Source: Malacoraja senta
Taxonomy: Eukaryota
Assembly (NCBI GenBank): GCA_038087875.1
Contig: CM075997.1
Location: 6,078,001 to 6,142,000, forward strand
Length of the DNA stretch: 64,000 nt
Direction: 5' to 3'
Shown here: positions 60,895 to 64,000 of the stretch, piece after piece
How positions within the stretch are numbered: position 1 is the stretch's first letter
How the letters are laid out: each line of letters opens with the position of its first letter
Made by a program: the position numbers and the translations under genes
The notes under the pieces: generated by a model
The model's input: only the letters and a program-made list of their open reading frames with translations
What the model was told of the DNA's origin: nothing
Databases searched by the model: none

Positions 60895-62765
60895 TTGATA
60901 TGCAAAAGTTTTTATAGATATGTGAAGAGAAAGAGATTAGTTAAAGAGAAGAGAAAGAGATTAGTTAAAACAAATGTAGATCCCTTGCAGTCAGAAACAG
61001 GTGAATTGATCATGGGGAACAAGGACATGGCAGACCAATTGAATAACTACTTTGGTTCTGTCTTCATTATTGGAAGACATAAATAATCTGCCGGAACCGC
61101 GGGTCAAATGAGATGGAAGAACTGAGTGAAATCCAGGTTAGCCGGGAAGTGGTGTTAGGTAAATTGAATGGATTAAAGGCCGATAAATCCCCAGGGCCAG
61201 ATAGGCTGCATCCCAGAGTACTTAAGGAAGTAGCCCCAGAAATAGTGGATGCATTAGTGATAATTTTTCAAAACTCCTTAGATTCTGGAGTAGTTCCTGA
61301 GGATTGGAGGGTAGCTAATGTAACCCCACTTTTTAAAAAGGGAGGGAGAGAGAAAATGGGGAATTACAGACCAGTTAGTCTAACATCGGTATTGGGGAAA
61401 CTGCTAGAGTCAGTTATTAAAGATGGGATAGCAGCACATTTGGAAAGTGGTGAAATCATTGGACAAAGTCAGCATGGATTTACGAAAGGTAAACCATGTC
61501 TGACGAATCTTATAGAATTTTTCGAGGATGTAACTAGTAGAGTGGATAAGGGAGAACCAGTGGATGTGTTATATCTGGACTTTCAGAAGGCTTCCAACAA
61601 GGTCCCACATGAGAGATTAGGATACAAACTTAAAGCACATGGTATTGGGGGTTCAGTATTGATGTGGATAGATAACTGGCTGGCAAACAGGAAGCAAAGA
61701 GTAGGAGTAAACGGGTCCTTTTCAGAATGGCAGGCAGTGACTAGTGGGGTACCGCAAGGCGCAGTGCTGGGACCCCAGCTATTTACAATATATATTAATG
61801 ATTTGGACGAGGGAATTGAATGCAACATCTCCAAGTTTGCGGATGACACGAAGCTGGGGGGCAGTGTTAGCTGTGAGGAGGATGCTAGGAGGCTGCAAGG
61901 TGACTTGGATAGGCTGGGTGAGTGGGCAAATGCATGGCAGATGCAGTATAATGTGCATAAATGTGAGGTTATCCACTTTGGTGGCAAAAACAGGAAAGTA
62001 GACTATTTTCTAAATGGTGGCCGATTAGGAAAAGGGGAGATGCAACGAGACCTGGGTGTCATGGTACACCAGTCATTGAAAGTAGGCATGCAGGTGCAGC
62101 AGGCAGTCAAGAAAGCGAATGGTATGTTAGCATTCATAGGAAATGGATTTGAGTATAGGATCAGGGAGGTTCTACAGCAGTTGTACAGGGTCTTGGTGAG
62201 ACCACACCTGGAGTATTGCGTACAGTTTTGGTCTCCAAATCTGAGGAAAGACATTCTTGCCATAGAGGGAGTACAGAGAAGGTTCACCAGACTGATTCCT
62301 GGGATGTCAGGACTTTCATATGAAGAAAGACTGGATAGACTCGGCTTGTACTCGCTAGAATTTATAAGATTGAGGAGGGATCTTATAGAAACTTACTAAA
62401 TTCTTAAGGGGTTGGGCAGGCTAGATGCAGGAAGATTGTTCCCGATGTTGGGGAAGTCCAGGACAAGGGGTCACAGTTTAAGGATAAAGGGGAAATCCTT
62501 TAGGACCGAGATGAGAAAAACATTTTTCACAGAGAGTGGTGAATCTCTGGAACTCTCTGCCACAGAAGGTAGTTGAGGCCAGTTCATTGCCTATATTTAA
62601 GAGGGAGTTAGATGTGGTCCTTGTGGCTAAAGGGATCAGGGGGTAAGGAGAGAAGGCAGGTACAGGATACTGAGTTGAATGATCAGCCATGATCATATTG
62701 AATGGCGGTGCAGGCTCGAAGGGCCGAATGGCCTACTCCTGCACCTATTTTCTATGTTTCTCTAT
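60895..62765 (+). mobile_element. Young 5'-truncated CR1 LINE, same family as the 21868 and 33026 copies
   Basis: 428-aa ORF 61113..62399 (GVPQGAVLGP, KFADD); tail ctattttctatgtttct. Confidence 0.92.
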
Positions 62766-62769
62766 CCCT

Positions 62770-64000
62770 ACAATGGAAAGACGATTCTAACTAGCTACCC
62801 TATTTAGGTCTCTCATATTCTTACATGCTTCTATCAAGTATGTTTGGCCTTCTTTGCTCCAGGGAAAGCATGCCCAGCCTATTAGGTCTCTCTGTCTCTA
62901 TAAACAGAGACAGAAGTCCCCCAATTCAGGCAACATCCTGATGAATCTCTTCTGCACGCTCTCCAGTGAAATTATTATCCTTCCTACAGTGTGGTGACCA
63001 GACTGTAATCTCTACCCGAACGAATAAAGACAAGCATGCTGTATGCCTTTTTCACTACCCTATCAACCTGTGACTTTGGGGAATTATAGACTTAGACCCA
63101 TAGATCTTCCCGTTTATCATTGTGTCCAACCACTTACAGTGTATGTCCTTCCTTCCCCTATCTGACTTTCCAGAATGCATCTCCTCCCAACTTTTCATGT
63201 GATCTATATCCTGCTGTAGCCTTATACAATCTTCATTACTATCCACAACACTGCCATCCCCAAACATGCTGATCCAACATTTCACATCCAATTTGTTTAT
63301 ATATCACAAACAGCAACAATCTCCGCACTAATCCTTATGATACACTGTATGTCACAAATCTCTAATCTGAAAATCATCCTTCCACCACTCTCATCTACCT
63401 CCTGTAACCAAGGCAAATTTAGATCCAGATAGCCATCTCAACTTTGGTCCATATGTGCCTTATCTTCTGGGCCAGCTTACCAATTGTGACCTTGTCAAAT
63501 GCCTTACTAAAATCGTTATAGACAACATCTGCCAACCTGACTTCAGTCTCCTTTGAGACAGGATTTCCTCCTCACAAAGCCATACTTCCTGCCCCTCATC
63601 ACCCCCTCCATTTCAAATGTAAATCAATATGTCCCTTAGACCATTCTACAATAATGTTCCTATCACTGTAGTAAGGTTCACCAGCCTGTATTATCTGACT
63701 TATCCATGCTGTCCTCCTTAAATAAAGGAATAATATTAGTGATCCTCCAGTCTTCAGGTACATCATACAATATGTGACTAGTGAAGAAAAAAAGCAAACA
63801 TCTCCTATGTTTCCAATTGTGTCTGGGATAGATCACATCTCACCCTGGAAATGTATTTACTCTATGGTTTCCAAGGCATCTGAAATCTCCACCTTCCTAA
63901 TACTGACATGCTCTAGACACAACCTGTGGCACCCATACTATTCCTCACTAATTTTCCAGAATGAAGGAGGTGAAAGTCATTGAATAAGCTTTTGATTAGT
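62770..64000 (-). mobile_element. Old degraded CR1 LINE fragment
   Basis: Minus-strand remnants (ISMFGD..RLQQDID, DFSKAFDKV-like). Confidence 0.6.

Noticed and set aside
59505..64000. The 15-nt alternatively spliced RYR1 ASI microexon expected after the last exon
   Set aside because: No convincing AG-15nt-GT candidate with a suitable peptide was seen. It may lie beyond the window or be absent.

Overview
Eukaryotic, repeat-dense intragenic DNA, most likely from an elasmobranch (skate, ray or shark), judging by the HE1-like V-SINEs and the abundance of CR1 LINEs. The + strand carries ten internal coding exons of a ryanodine receptor gene, best matching RYR1 (equivalent to about human exons 60-69). 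All have canonical AG/GT boundaries and consistent phases, totalling 1428 nt (476 codons). The gene starts and ends outside the window. The introns are filled with nested mobile elements: CR1 (one near full length), L1, L2, Rex1/Babar, an Ingi/Vingi-like LINE, a bipartite RTE derivative, a DIRS element with ITRs and ICR, a deleted Gypsy LTR element, a full-length Passport-like Tc1, Harbinger MITEs, a MULE-like foldback element, a Helitron-like element, Penelope-derived palindromes with hammerhead cores, and SINEs. The most notable observation is a 142-bp non-coding retroposon at 11564-11705 (- strand), flanked by a target-site duplication (TSD). Its first 54 nt fold into a complete minimal HDV-like (CPEB3-type) ribozyme, and its 3' tail matches the Vingi-like LINE at 3727-5278. 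All family assignments come from motif recognition by eye, without database searches.
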